Positions 13,098 through 26,842 of a DNA stretch of 64,000 bases are shown one piece after another. Origin of the DNA: Octopus vulgaris. Taxonomy: Eukaryota. The position numbers were made by a program, and so were the translations under genes. Location: NCBI GenBank assembly GCA_951406725.2, contig OX597824.1, positions 83,328,001-83,392,000 on the forward strand, given 5' to 3'. The notes under the pieces are model-generated. The model made no database searches, had not been told where the DNA came from, and worked only from the letters and a program-made list of their open reading frames with translations. The first letter of the stretch is position 1. Each line of letters opens with the position of its first letter.

Positions 13098-13247
13098 TTT
13101 CAAGATACTTCTGCTTTGACAGTTTCTCTGCCTCTTTCTGAACAAAGGGATCTGGACATTTATCAAAGTAGAGAGATTTTTCATTCTAGTCCTTGATAAT
13201 TATATCTGGACAGCTTCCTTTGATCTCATTATTCGTCTGGATTGGTA

Positions 13248-14385
13248 TAATAATAATAATAATAATAATTGTGTACAGTGCTCAGGTGCACTACAACTCA
13301 TCTAAAGTGTATATATAATCAGGTGTAGTTTCGGCGGATTTCGGAAAGCATGAGGGCCTTAAAGGATGCAGTGTCATGGCAGTCAACAACTGACACAGGC
13401 AGTTTATTCCATGCTTCAGCAACTCTGAGCGTGAAAAAATGTTTCCGAAAGTCATGGGAGCTGTGTTGTTTTCTGACTTTGTAGGCATGTCCACGTGTGT
13501 TAGACACATGGAGATCAAAAAGGTGTTCAGCGTTGTTGTTGGTGAGGTGGTTGATAACTTTGTGGGTGTTTACCAAGTCCGTCGCCAGATGCCAGAGCTT
13601 CAGTGAATCCATGCCCAGGGAAACAAGGCGCTCAGAATATGGTAGGTGTCTGATGGAGGGTATGCGTTTGGTTGCACGTCTCTGGACAGATTCCAGGAGG
13701 TCAATGTTCTGAGCAAGATAGGGGTTCCAAACTGATGATGCGAATTCCAAGTGTGGTCGTACCATAGCTGTATACAGTTTTAAATAGATGGCTGGAGAGC
13801 GGCTAACAAAAGTCTTGCTGAGTGATGCCAAGACACCCTCGGCCTTCTTGACAATTTTAGAGATATGCTTTGTCCAACGCAAATCACTGCTGACAGTGAT
13901 GCCTAGGTCACGCTCGCAAGAGGATTTCTTGATATCAGTGTTGTGGAGGGAGTATGTGGACACAGGGTTTTTTCTCCCAATATGCATGGTGGTACACTTG
14001 TCCACAGCCAGTTTCAGTTGCCAGTCTGTGATCCATTGCTGCATTGTGTCTAGGTCTGATTGCAGGAAAGAGTTGTAGACATCAGGATCTGTCCTCTTGA
14101 TTTCAAGGTACAGCTTGATGTCGTCTGCATATTTCAATACTGTGACATTCTTTTAAATTGGCATCTATGTCATTAATGTATGCCACAAACAAGAGGGGAC
14201 CAAGGACAGATCCCTGTGGTACACCCGATGACATCTCATATGGTGTAGAGTGCTGTCCTAGAACTGTGACTACCTCCTTTCGGCTGAGGATGAAGGATTT
14301 CAACCAGTTAAAAAGGTCATCCCTCACACCCATTGCAGAGAGTTTCACCATAAGCCTTTTGTGTGGCACAGAGTTGAAAGCCTTG
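13248..14385 (-). mobile_element. 5'-truncated CR1/L2-group LINE, reverse transcriptase region with one frameshift
   Basis: ORFs 14103-14432 and 13319-14137 give KAFNSVPH, SGVPQGSVLGPLLFVAYIND, YADDIKLY, ERDLGI, VRPHLEFASSVWNP and TRGHAYK. Frameshift near 14140; short 3' UTR and (TAT)n tail at 13248-13269. Confidence 0.93.
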
Positions 14386-15361
14386 TCTCCAAGTATCGGC
14401 GCATGGTTTAGTGGTTTGGATGTTGGACTCATGATTGTAAGATTGTGGTTTCAATTTGTGCACTGGGTGATGCATCGTGTTCTTGAGCAAAACACTTCAT
14501 TTCATGTTGCTCCAGGCCACTCAGCTAGCAAAAATGAGTAATCCTGCAATGGACTGGCATCCCATCCTGGTGGGGAATATATGCACCATGGAAACAGGGA
14601 AACAGGCCCTTGTAAGTCAGTATGACTTGAGAAGATAACTTTACCTTTCCTTAAGGTAGGTCTCCCATGATTAGGGTCAGGCCACTATTATGTACTGTAT
14701 TTAGTATATGCTTATATCACTTCTTATCTGTTTCCGTATCAATATGTGAGCATACTGGTTTCAAATTTTGGCACAAGGCCAACAACCATGGAGCAGGGGC
14801 TAAGTCAATTAAATCAACCCCAGTGTTCAACTGGTACTTATTTTATCAAACCTGAAAGGATGAAAGGCAAAGTGAGCCCCGGCAGAATTTGAACTCAGAA
14901 CACAAAGACAGATGAAATGCTGCTAAGCATTCTTCTCAGCATGCTTATGATTCTACCAGTTCGCCACCTTTGGAGCCAGCTCACTGTCTTAAATGCTAGC
15001 TTTCCACCTTAATGTGTGAGCATGTTGCCAAGTAGACATAGCTTCCAATACAATCATGTTTCTGAACATATCAAAACTTAGCAAGGACTTGGCAGCTGGA
15101 AATATTGTGGTTAATAATCTCATTGTATTGATTGCATGGTTTATATTTGATTTTAGCATCTTTCTTCCATTACCTTTATACTTATCGGTGGTGCTTTTAA
15201 CCCACAACTTTTGACTGTTGTTCATTTTCAGCCTGACTGAATTCTTTTTGTCAAATTTTGCAAGATATTGATTATGAAGAGGGGTATTTTCTAAACCATT
15301 TTCTTATTAGTGTATTTTGAGATTACATTTTGATTTTTATTGTTATTAATATTTTTATTGT

Positions 15362-16135
15362 TATTCTGAAAAACTCTCAGATAGTTCTTAATTACTGGTT
15401 ATTCTTTACTTAAAAGCAGCCAATAACAAATCACCAAAGGTTTCAAGTAGTGCCTTCTCCTATGACTCAAAGAGACAACTCTCTCCTTAGAATGCAAGCT
15501 GTACCCTGGATCAATGCTGTCTTCTGGATCACTTCGAGCCTGACAGCAGCTCCAATATTCTCAATATGCTTTTCAAAGCCCTTGGAAATTACTCTTAATA
15601 CTCCAGTTGCTACCAGGATCACCATTACTTTCCTCATGCCCCATAACTTTTCTATCTCATCCCGCAGTGGCTGGTATTTCTCAATCTTATCTGTTTCCTT
15701 AAATTTCACCCTCGAATCACCTGGTATTGCAAAATCTATTATCTTTACTTCTTGTTCATCTTTATGGATGAGCACAATATCTGGTCGTCTTGCTTCTATA
15801 ACTTGGTCGCACTGCATGTAAAAAATCCCAGAGTTTTTTGTAATGGCCATTTTCCATCACTCCCTCTGGCTTGTGCCCATACTATTGTTCAGCTCTCTCG
15901 AGGTTTGCTTTACTGCACAACAGCCAGTGGACTTATCTGTCTACATTGTTGTGTCTCCTTTTGTATTCGCATTGTGCGAGTTTACAGCTCTCACAAACAA
16001 TATGGCTTATACTTTCTCCCTTCTCAGAGCACATCCTACATTGTGGTGAGTCAGTACTTTTATGAATGTGATATTTGGAGTAGTTTATTCTTAGATCTTG
16101 TTCTTGAGCGCTGCAAACTAAATGCCTCAGTGTCG
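15362..16135 (-). mobile_element. Decayed R4/Dong-like non-LTR retrotransposon, C-terminal zinc knuckle and restriction-like endonuclease
   Basis: AQEQDLRINY, CRMC-x8-H zinc knuckle, YKRRHN, RRPDIVL, IIDFAIP, KIEKYQPL and IQKTAL motifs in ORFs 15933-16145 and 15467-15850; degenerate (TAA)-like tail near 15350. Confidence 0.88.
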
Positions 16136-16174
16136 TCGTTGTCATAGTAGTAGAAGTAGTAGTAGTAGTAGTAT

Positions 16175-16700
16175 GAACTGGCAGGTCTATTCCAGAAGAC
16201 TTTTGGGCTGAAGACTACTATGGATACCTTTTGGAAATCCTTAGTTTGACTATGCTGACGAGCATTGCTGGTTCAAGATAAATTATATAAACAGAGAAGA
16301 GCCACCATGCAGGACTATCTGAGACACACACAGAGTGGTGAAACCATACTGCAGGTACTTGTGCAGTGTCCAAATATTGCTTTTGAAGTTATGTTGGGCA
16401 GCTGTTGTCACATGTAACATCCAGCTATCAAACAAGTCCATTGTGAAGATTGCCCTACTGCCCTCCTTTAATAAGGCTGTACAAGCAGTTTTCTTATGTC
16501 TTTTGGCAGTGCCAAAAAAAGTTGTGTGATGCATGAGGCTGCAAGAATTGGGAGCAGATACTTTACTCTTTGGTCAAACTCTCACAGACTTTTCTAGTTC
16601 CATTTAGAAAAGAGACTTAGGGTAGAGATGGAAATATTTCTCACCAGTGAATTTTTCAAAAGGTGGGGGACTCTTGGGGAGAACATTTAAACTGAATGAA
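16175..16700 (+). mobile_element. Decayed Tx1/L1-like ORF2 C-terminal remnant
   Basis: Broken frames give ETILQVLVQCPNI (CCHC-like remnant), SIVKIALLPSF and AVFLCLLAVPKKVV. Family assigned by recognition only. Confidence 0.5.
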
Positions 16701-16707
16701 ACTATAG

Positions 16708-17405
16708 AGTAAAGATTTTTTCCAACATAACATGGCAATCCTGGTTTAGGACAAATGTTGCTGTAATTTAGCCCCAGGAGACATCGTCTCCAGCTAGCTA
16801 TACGACACGATCTGTGTTCTTATATTTTCACAACAATTCAGCAACAGTAAAGATTGTTTGCCAATATAACATGGCAGTCCTGGTTTAGGACAAATGTTGC
16901 TGTAATTTAGCCCTAGGAAACATCGTCTCCAGCTAGCTATACGACACGATATGTGTCCTTATATTTTCGAACAAGGGAATCTAGCACCCCAGCTCAGCTC
17001 AAAACAATACCCATGTATCGTGATTTCTGGGTTATTTCTCTTCATCAGTACAGAATAATTGTTTGGCTACAGATGGTGCTGCCAAATTCCCATTCAAAAT
17101 ATATAGTTTGCAAAGTGACAACTAGTCACTGATCTATAAATTAGAAAATTACTATTTTTAAATCTCACAACAAGAGATATTCAGCAACAGTAAAGATTAT
17201 TTTGCCAACATAACATAGCAGGCCTGATTTAGGACAAATATTGCTGTAATTTGGCTCCAGGAGACATTGTCTCTAGCTGGCTGTACAACACGATCTGTGT
17301 CCTTATATTTTCGAACAAGGGAATCTAGCACCCCCACTCAGCTCAAGACAATATCTTTGTATTGCGATTTCTAGGTTATTTCCTTTCATCTGCACAGAAT
17401 AATTA
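16708..17405 (-). repeat. Three partial tandem copies of a ~220-bp unit carrying a hammerhead-like core
   Basis: The AGTAAAGATT...TTTAGGACAAAT.TTGCTGTAATTT block starts near 16708, 16846 and 17189. Minus-strand CTGATGA...GAAAT-CACG-ATA at 17013-17051 and CAGATGA...GAAAT-CGCA-ATA at 17357-17395. Confidence 0.7.
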
Positions 17406-18199
17406 CCTACTCTAAGCATGTGGTTGTAGATTCTAGAACAACAGTTGGAAGAGGGCATGTTCTTTTCGTAGTCAGAATGATACTAGATCTGTAGGGATTC
17501 TTTGATTGGTCCTAATTGGGGGCTCTTCTGTATCAGAAGGCTGCATCCATGTATTCGCATATTTTGTATTCTATATATACTTTTCATCTCATTTCTTCCC
17601 CCATCCCTTTTTTTCTGCCCTGAACCTAATTTATGTAAATTCCTATGCAAATTGTAACCTGCCTTTGTAATGTATTTCTCATCTAACGCCCTTGTGGCAA
17701 ATAAAATAAACTATTATTGTAGAGGTGTTGTTGCTGTTGTTGTTGTTATTGCTGCTGCTGCTGCTGCTGCTGCTGATATTGTTGTTGTTGCTGCTGTTGT
17801 ATAACCCAGCCTTTCTCTTCTATCTGTTTAATGTATTTCTTCATTCACACTTGGAGTATTGACCTTGTTATGCATGCATGAATCTGCATTTGCACATGCA
17901 TGCATGCATACATTCTTTCCTGCTTTCCTCGTATTCTTTCAGTTAACAACTCAACTATATAAATTTCGTCTTCCTTTCCCAACCACGACCACCACCACCG
18001 CCACCCTCGTTTTATTTCCCTTACCTTCCTATCTGCCACAGAACTGAAGTATTCCTTGTTTCCCCATTCCGTCAGTCTCTCATTCCTATATTCTCATGAG
18101 TGTTAATATTTTTTTTTTCCTCCTAAAAAGATAACAAATAACAAAGATGTTGACTATTAGACATAATTCTTTTTCTCCCCCGCTCTCTCTGTCTCTCTC

Positions 18200-18234
<35 letters not shown>

Positions 18235-18562
18235 CTATATGAATGTATATGTATATGTGTGTGTGTATGTATGTATGTATGTATTATGTATGTGTGTGTG
18301 TGTTTGTATGTATGTATGTGTGTGTGTATGTGTGTATGTGTGTATGTATGTATGTATGTATGTATGTATGTATGTGTGTATGTGTGTATGTACGTATGCA
18401 TGCATGCATGGATGCATGCATGTATGTATGTATGTATGTATGTATGTATGTATGTATGTATGTATGTATGTATGTATGTATGTATGTATGTATGTATGTA
18501 TGTATGTATGTATGTATGTATGTATGTATGTATGTATGTATGTATGTATGTATGTATGTGTA

Positions 18563-18817
18563 GAGGCGCGTGGCTTAGTGGTTAGGGAGTCAGCACCATG
18601 ATCGTAAGATTGTGGTTTCGATTCCTGGACCGGGCGACATGTTGTGTTCTTGAGCAAAACACTTCATTTCATGTTGCTCCAGTCCACTCAGCTGGCAAAA
18701 ATGAGTAACGCTGCGATGGACTGGCGTTCCGTCCAGCTGGGGAACACATACGCCATAGAAACCGGGAAACCGGGCCCATGAGCCTGGCTAGGCTTTAAAA
18801 GGGCGCATTTATTTTTA
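18563..18817 (+). mobile_element. SINE family D, other subtypes
   Basis: TGGCTTAGTGGTTAG and GTTTCGATTCC boxes; inserted in (TATG)n. Relatives near 14398, 25620, 27812, 29825, 39416, 47084, 52163, 62657 and 63357. Confidence 0.88.
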
Positions 18818-18989
18818 TCATGTATGTATGTATGTATGTAATATAACTGTCCAATGAGATTTCATATGTCAGAAAGAGCACACACAAAATAAGGTAAATG
18901 AGAGAGTATGTTATTAAAACATTTCTGATCAGCTGTGTCAGGTGGTTTTATATTTATTCTTTCTTTGTTGGGAAGCTGAAAATATTTTA

Positions 18990-19857
18990 CGCTTTTACAC
19001 TTTTACTTGTTTCAGTCATTTGACTGCGGCCATGCTGGAGCACCGCCTTTAGTCAAGCAAATCGACCCCGGGACTTATTCTTTGTAAGCCCAGTACTTAT
19101 TCTATCGGTCTCTTTTGCCGAACCGCTAAGTGACGGGGACGTAAACACACCAGCATCGGTTGTTGAGCAATGCTAGGAGGACAAACACACACACACACAT
19201 ATATATATACATATATACGACAGGCTTCTTTCAGTTTCCGTCTACCAAATCCACTCACAAGGCATTAGTCGGCCCGGAGCTATAGCAGAAGACACTTGCC
19301 CAAGATGCCACGCAGTGGGACTGAACCCGGAACCATGTGGTTGGTTAGCAAGCTACTTACCACACAGCCACTCCTGTGCCTTATGAAACCATTTGATAAA
19401 CTTTAGCTCTTTTTACTCTTTTACTTGTTTCAGTCGTTTGACTGTGGCCATGCTGGAGCACCGCCTTTAGTCGAACAAACTGACCCCAGGACTTATACTT
19501 TGTAAGCCTAGTACTTATTCTATCAGACTCTTTTGCCGAACCACTAAGTTAAGAGGACGCAAACACACCAGCATCGGTTGTCAAGCGATGTTGATGGGGA
19601 CAAACACAGACACACAAATATATACACACACATACATACACATATATACATATATACAATGGGCTTCTTTCAGTTTCCATCTACCAAATCCACTCACAAG
19701 GATTTGGTCGGCCCAAGGCTATAGTAGAAGACACTCGCTCAAGGTGCCACGCTGTGGGACTGAACCCGGAACCATGTGGTTTGTAAGCAAGCTACTTACC
19801 ACACAGCCACTCCTATAGAGCTTAAGTTATCATACTGTACAAATAATACACACATAC

Positions 19858-19888
<31 letters not shown>

Positions 19889-20201
19889 GCACTCCATCAG
19901 TTGTGACAATGAGAGTTCCAGATGATTCAATCAAAGGAACAGCTGCTCATGAAATTAACATAAGAGTGGCTGAGCACTCCACAGACATACTCTCTCTCTT
20001 TTTACTCTTTTACTTGTTTCAGTCATTTGACTACGGCCATGCTGGAGCACCACCTTTAGTCGAGCAAATCGACCCCAGGACTTATTCTTTGTAAGCCCAG
20101 TACTTATTCTATCGGTCTCTTTTGCCGAACCGCTAAGTGATGGGGACGTAAACACACCAGCATCGGTTGTCAAGCAATGCTAGGGGGACAAACACAGATA
20201 C

Positions 20202-20236
<35 letters not shown>

Positions 20237-20402
20237 CGACAGGCTTCTTTCAGTTTCCGTCTACCATCAATCCACTCCCAAGGCATTGGTCGGCCCGGGG
20301 CTATAGCAGAAGACACTTGCTCAAGATGCCACGCAGTGGGACTGAACCCGGAACCATGTGGTTGGTTAGCAAGCTACTTACCACACAGCCACTCCTGCGC
20401 CT
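18990..20402 (-). mobile_element. Three family A SINEs in the same orientation
   Basis: Copies at about 18990-19380, 19408-19815 and 19990-20402; the third interrupts a family D SINE (19888-20600). Confidence 0.9.
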
Positions 20403-20683
20403 ATATGCATGCTTCTAACATAGTTCTCAGTGAGATCCAACATGACACAGAATGTGACAAGGCTGGCCCTTTTATATACTGGTACCACTCATTTTTGCCA
20501 GCTCGATGGATTGGAGTAACGTGAAATAAAGTGTCTTGCTCAAGGATACAATCTCCCACCAGAATTATCAAATTCATGACCATACAACTGTCATGCCAGT
20601 GTCATGAATAAAGCACACTGTAAAAGGCGCTTGTGTCGGTGCCACTTAAGAAGCACTCAGCACACTGTGTAAAGTGGTTGGCA

Positions 20684-21272
20684 TTAACCCTAAAAGCACT
20701 ATCTGAATCGTGGCCGATGCCAGCGCCGCCTCGACTGGCTTCCGTGTCGGTGGCACGTAAGAAGCACCATCCGAATCGTGGCCGAAGCCAGTGCCGCCTC
20801 GACTGGCTTCCATGCAGGTGGCACGTAAAATGCACCAATCCGACCGTGGCCGATGCCAGCCTCGCCTGGCACCAGTGCAGGTGGCACGTAAAAAGCACCC
20901 ACTACACTCACGGAGTGGTTGGCGTTAGGAAGGGCATCCAGCTGTAGAAACATTGCCAGATAAGACCGGAGCCTGGTGTAGCCTTCTGGCTTCCCTGATC
21001 CCCGGTCGAACCGTCCAACCCATGCTAGCATGGAGAACGGACGTTAAACGATGATGATGATGATTACTGTATTTATTTTGAGATGCTCTGTGTTTCTTTC
21101 AATCATTTTAAATATAACAAAGAATTTAGTAAAATAACTTAGGTATCATTCGACTAGTGTTAGGTTTGTGACTAAGGTTTGGTGGAAGATTTTAATTCAA
21201 AACTTATCAAAACAAGATATTTTACCACAGAGCCAGAGCCGGTTTTGGCCGGGTTAGTAACAAAAGGGTTAA
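20684..21272. mobile_element. piggyBac-like MITE split by a family C SINE
   Basis: TTAA|CCCT at 20684-91, SINE at 20692-21063, body 21066-21268 ending AAAAGGG|TTAA. Confidence 0.6.
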
Positions 21273-21609
21273 GGAGTGACATCCAGTCATAGAAGCCATA
21301 CCAAAACAGGCAATTGGAGCCAAGTCAGCTCCTGTCAAGCAGCACACACACACACACACAGAGCCTCACACACGCCTCAAACTCGCACACACACTTGTAT
21401 ATGCATATTTGTATATGAATGTGTGTTGTCTACTCTTATGAAAGAGACGTCCACATGAATGCCTACACAATTATACTTCTCTGTATGTGTTCGCTGCCTA
21501 TGTTTTTGTTTAACCCTAGGTCATCCCTGGGAGAGCAGATCTATGATCAAAGTTGTTCCAGCCTTAACAATCCTGACATTCTCTCAGCATTCAATATTTA
21601 CAACAATAC

Positions 21610-21612
21610 TGT

Positions 21613-21699
<87 letters not shown>

Positions 21700-22575
21700 T
21701 ATTTTTGCATGTGTGTGTGTGTGTGTTTGCATGCATGTGTGTGTATGCATGCATATATGTGTGTGTGTCTGGGTTCATACATGTGCATGTGCATGTGTAC
21801 ATGTGTGTGTGTGTGTGAATATGTGTGTGTGAATGTGTGTGTGAATGCATGCATGTACTTGTGTGTATATAGATGTCTCTGTATTAGGCTCTGTGCGTAT
21901 GCATATGTGTGTATATAGATGTCTCTACATTACGCTCTGTATGTGTGTGTGTGTGTATGTATATACACATATGCGTGTGTGTGTGTACATGAGTGCGTGT
22001 GTGTGTGTGTGTGTGCGTGTGTGTGTGTCAGAGTGTGAGTCTGTTTGCATGTGTGTGTGTGTATGGGTGTATGCGCATGTGGTTGTATAAGACTGTGTAT
22101 GTGAGCATGAATATGTTTAGTCACGTGCACATGTGCATCTATGGCTGCTTGCATGTGCATGTAGGCGAGGGTGCATGAATGCATGCGTTTATATCTGTGC
22201 ATGTGAGTGTCTATAGAAGTGCATGTATGTGGATGCACGTGTGTGTGTGTGTGAGTATGTGTATGTGTGTGAGCACATATAAGTGTGTATTTATCTGTGT
22301 GTGTGTGTATGTGTGTGTGTGCATGTATGCTCACATGTATATGTGTGTGTGTGTGTGTGTGTGTAGAGGCATAATGCATGTTTGTGTGCATACGTATGTA
22401 TGTCAAATATGCATGTGTCTTCTCATGCTTGAAAACAGAGGAAACAAAGTGTTTATTCCAAATGTGTTTGATTGACAGCTACTGCTGATAACAGCACCGT
22501 AAGGGGGTGGGGAAGAGGGGGGGGGGAGAAGAGGCTCCTCCCACCCATCACCAACACCTCTATCACACTCTCATT

Positions 22576-22609
<34 letters not shown>

Positions 22610-22774
22610 TGTGTGTGTGCATGCGTGTGTGTATATAAAGTGTCTGTATATTTGTATGTATAGTATTTGTATGTATATGTAAACTGTATGTATATATATA
22701 TATATATGTATGTATATATATATGTATATATAAAGTGTCTGTTTATATATATGTATAGTGTCTGTTTATATATG

Positions 22775-22813
<39 letters not shown>

Positions 22814-23562
22814 CACAGACACAACACAAACACGCACACAAACGCACACACATAAGCATGCATCTCCCCACCACCACCACCATCACCACTACCATCAGCA
22901 TCATCACCATTACCCCCCGCCGCCACCATCATCACTGTTGCCATCATCCTCGTCGCCACCACCATCGCCGCCACTGCTACCCCCTTTCACTTTCACTTTC
23001 ACCCCCTTCATCATCCACCACCACCACCACCGTCAACACCACTACAAAAGACTGATTAAAGATGGAGTGAGAGGGAGAAGGCCATGATGCGGAAAAGTGG
23101 GCCTAGGCAGTAAAAACATGACAAAACAAGGGAACTTCCTTGCTTCAAATGTATTTATGCTTGTGCATGCACACTTGTGTTGGCATGTATGTGAATGTGT
23201 GTGTGTATATATATATATATATACATATACACATACACACACACACATGCGCACATATACACAGATAGATAGATAGGTTATACATACATACATACACACA
23301 CATATACACAGATAGATATATAAATAGATAAATAGATAGATAGATAGATTATACACACACACACACACACACATACACACATATACATGCATATACACAG
23401 ATAGATAGATAGGTTATACACACACATACATACACACAAATACACACACGCACACATATACAGAGATAGATAGATAGATAGATAGAGAGATAGATGCATA
23501 CATACATACATATATACATACATACATACATACATACATACATACGTAAGTACGTACATACA

Positions 23563-23596
<34 letters not shown>

Positions 23597-23660
23597 CATA
23601 CATGTATGTTTGTATGTGTGTATGTATGTACATACATACATACATACGTAAGTACGCACA

Positions 23661-23694
<34 letters not shown>

Positions 23695-23816
23695 CATACA
23701 TACATACATACATACATACATACATACATACATACATACAAACATACATACATACATACAAACATACATACAAACATACATACATACATACATACATACA
23801 TACATACATGCATACA

Positions 23817-23849
<33 letters not shown>

Positions 23850-23850
23850 G
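21610..23850. repeat. Microsatellite block: (TG)n, (TA)n, (CAC)n, (TACA)n
   Basis: Seen directly. Confidence 0.95.
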
Positions 23851-24140
23851 TTTATGCATTCCTGGCCTTTGACCGATATCCTCACCAACCGCCCTACGTT
23901 GCACTCTCTCACCTACCTTCCCTATCACCACCATCCCCTTCTGGCTCACTGCTAACATTAAACCCGAACTGAAAGAATGGAAAGGAGAAGGAATAAATTA
24001 ATATATTTCCAGTGAAAGAAAACCTAGAGTCATAGAGAAAAAAAAAACGTGAGTGCAGTATTACTGAATTGTAATGAAGGAGCATCTACATCATCAATCC
24101 ATCTGCAAGAAATAACCAAACCTCCCTCAAGTCACACCTT

Positions 24141-25000
24141 ACCTATTTCTTTACTACCCACAAGGGGCTAAACACAGAGAGGACAAACAAGGACAGACAA
24201 ACGGATTAAGTCGATTATATCGACACCAGTTGTGCATAACTGGTACTTATTTAATCGACCCCGAAAGGATGAAAGGCAAAGTTGACCTCAGCAGAATTTG
24301 AACTCAGAACGTAATGGCAGACGAAATACCTATTTCTTTACTACCCACAAGGGGCGAAACACAGAGAGGACAAACAAGGACAGACAAACGGATTAAGTCG
24401 ATTATATCGACACCAGTGCATAACTGGTACTTATTTAATCGACCCCGAAAGGATGAAAGGCAAAGTCGACCTCGGCGGAATTTGAACTCAGAACATAGTA
24501 GCAGACGAAATACCTATTTCTTTACTACCCACAAGGGGCGAAACACAGAGAGGACAAACAAGGACAGACAAACGGATTAAGTCGATTATATCAACACCAG
24601 TCGACATACATACATACATACAATAAAAGGCGGCGAGCTAGCAGAAACGTGAGCACGCCGGGCGAAATGCTTAGCAGTATTTCGTCTGTCGTTACGTTCT
24701 GAGTTCAAATTCCGCCAAGGTCGACTTTGCCTTTCATCCTTTCAGGGTCGACAAATTAAGTACCAGTTTCCCACTGGGGTCGATGTAATCGGCTTAATCC
24801 CTTTGTCTGTCATTGTTTGTCCCCTCTATGTTTAGCCCCTTGTGGGTAGTAAAGAAATATATATCAACACCAGTGCGTAACTGGTTCTTATTTAATCAAC
24901 CCCGAAAGGATGAAAGGCAAAGTCGACCTCGGCGGGATTTGAACTCAGAACATAGCAGCAGATGAAATACTGCTAAGCATTTCGCCCGGCATGCTAACTT
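24141..25000 (-). mobile_element. Family B SINE trimer (~185-bp period) with an opposite-strand family B copy inserted
   Basis: Units start near 24141, 24328 and 24511; plus-strand copy 24629-24858 is flanked by TATATCAACACCAGT (24587-601, 24860-74). Confidence 0.9.
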
Positions 25001-26557
25001 CAAGTCACACTGTACCTTCCTAGAAAAGAATACACAGAATAATGTAGTCCTGAGTTCTCTGCTCATAGGAAAAAGACAGGATAGTCAAGACTGGAGTGCC
25101 TTTGATCATAGATCTGCTCAATTGTGGCTGACCTAAAGCTATACAACAGCAACAATGATGTCAACATTGGTGGCGGCGGTGGTGATGGTGGTGGGGGATT
25201 GTGATGGTGGTGATGATGATGATGATGAACAGAAATGAATGGTACTAGTAGGGGATAGAGCTTCCTCTCTTATGCTAGCAAGTTCCTCACTTCCTTGAAA
25301 ATGTAAGTAATCAAGGTTACTATGTTTCTTGTAATATCATGTCTTTCAGAACTGGCTGACCAATGCAGTCCCATGTAACACTGTGACCTATAGTCAAGAA
25401 ATTACTATATCTCACAACTAAATTTGTCTTATTTGGATTATGTTCATCATGTGATGGGGTGACAGAACCCAGCAGAGAGTCACAAAAAACTGTTTGTCAT
25501 ATCTCGTTATGTCTCTGTCTAAATTCTATGTTCAAATTTTGCTGAAGTTGGCTCACTTTGACTTTCATCATTTTGGTGTGGATGAAAGAAATACCATATG
25601 ACTTCTAGGGTTAATTAAAATAATAAATAAATGCGCTCTTTTAAAGCCTAGCTAGGCTCATGGGCCCGGTTTCCCGGTTTCTATGGCATATGTGTTCCCC
25701 AGCTGGACAGGACGCCAGTCCATTGCAGCGTTACTCATTTTTGCCAGCTGAGTGGACTGGAGCAACGTGATATGAAGTGTTTTGCTCAAGAACACAATGC
25801 GTCGCCCGGACAGGAATCGAAACTACAATCTCACGATCATGGTGCTGACACCCTAACCACTAAGCCACGTGCCTCCACCTTGGTTTAATTAAATTGACTA
25901 TATTCTTCTTCTTCCCCACAAAAACTTGTAGTCTTATAACAATAACAGACTCTTATGGAACTGCTAATGAAGCTAAAAAAGATAGGGCAGAAATGATGAG
26001 CTGGTTGTGGAATAGATGACAAAAACTAAGAAATCTCAACTTATAACCTGCTATGAAAACCACAATTACCTGTCTAATGCAAAGTTACTTAACCTTTCAT
26101 CTGTATTCCTTGCTTTACCACTTCACCTTCAACTCCTTCACATATGTTTGTTCCTTCTCGAGCCATGCCTGGCTCATAAGGGCCGGTTTCCTGGTTTCCT
26201 TGGCGTATAGGTTCCCCACCTGGACGGGACGCTGGTCCGTCGCAGGTGAGTTGCAAGATGCAGGAGGAAAGAGTGAGAATAAGTTGTGGCGAAAGAGTCA
26301 ACAGAAGTTCGCCATTACCTTCTGCTGGAGCCGCGTGGAGCTTAGGTGTTTCGCTCATAAACACACACATCGCCCGGTCTGAGATTCGAACCTATGATTC
26401 CTCGACCGCAAGTCCGCTGCTCTAACCACTAGGCCATATGCCTCCACCTTCACATATGAGATAGTAGTGTATCCAATACAATTTATTACATAACGTTAAC
26501 AGCCTTAGATTAATTTAGTATTAATCATTTAACAATTAGCATCCTTAAAAATTATCG

Positions 26558-26842
26558 TTAACCTTTTTATGACTCTATTTTTAAAAAAATTTACTACTCA
26601 TATGATTCAATTAATTCTGAAAAATAATTAAAAAAATTTAGTTCTGTTTAGCAAAATAACTAACAGATTCACTTATTTCTTTATCTCTGTTGAAAGCTAA
26701 AGTTTGGAATGCAACTTATGAAAAGGTTTAGGTCTGAAATTATGACGGAAGGTTTTAATTTAAATGTGTCTACTTTAAAACAGGAAGTTTTGTATCTTAG
26801 AACTAAGGGTAATTTCAACATGGGTGGCATGAAAAGAGTTAA
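26558..26842. mobile_element. piggyBac-like MITE
   Basis: TTAA|CCTTTTTATGAC ... GGCATGAAAAGAG|TTAA; interior resembles 21066-21272. Confidence 0.55.

Noticed and set aside
18198-23958. YVCM, HTYI and YI repeat ORFs
   Set aside because: Translations of (TATG)n, (CA)n and (TA)n microsatellites.
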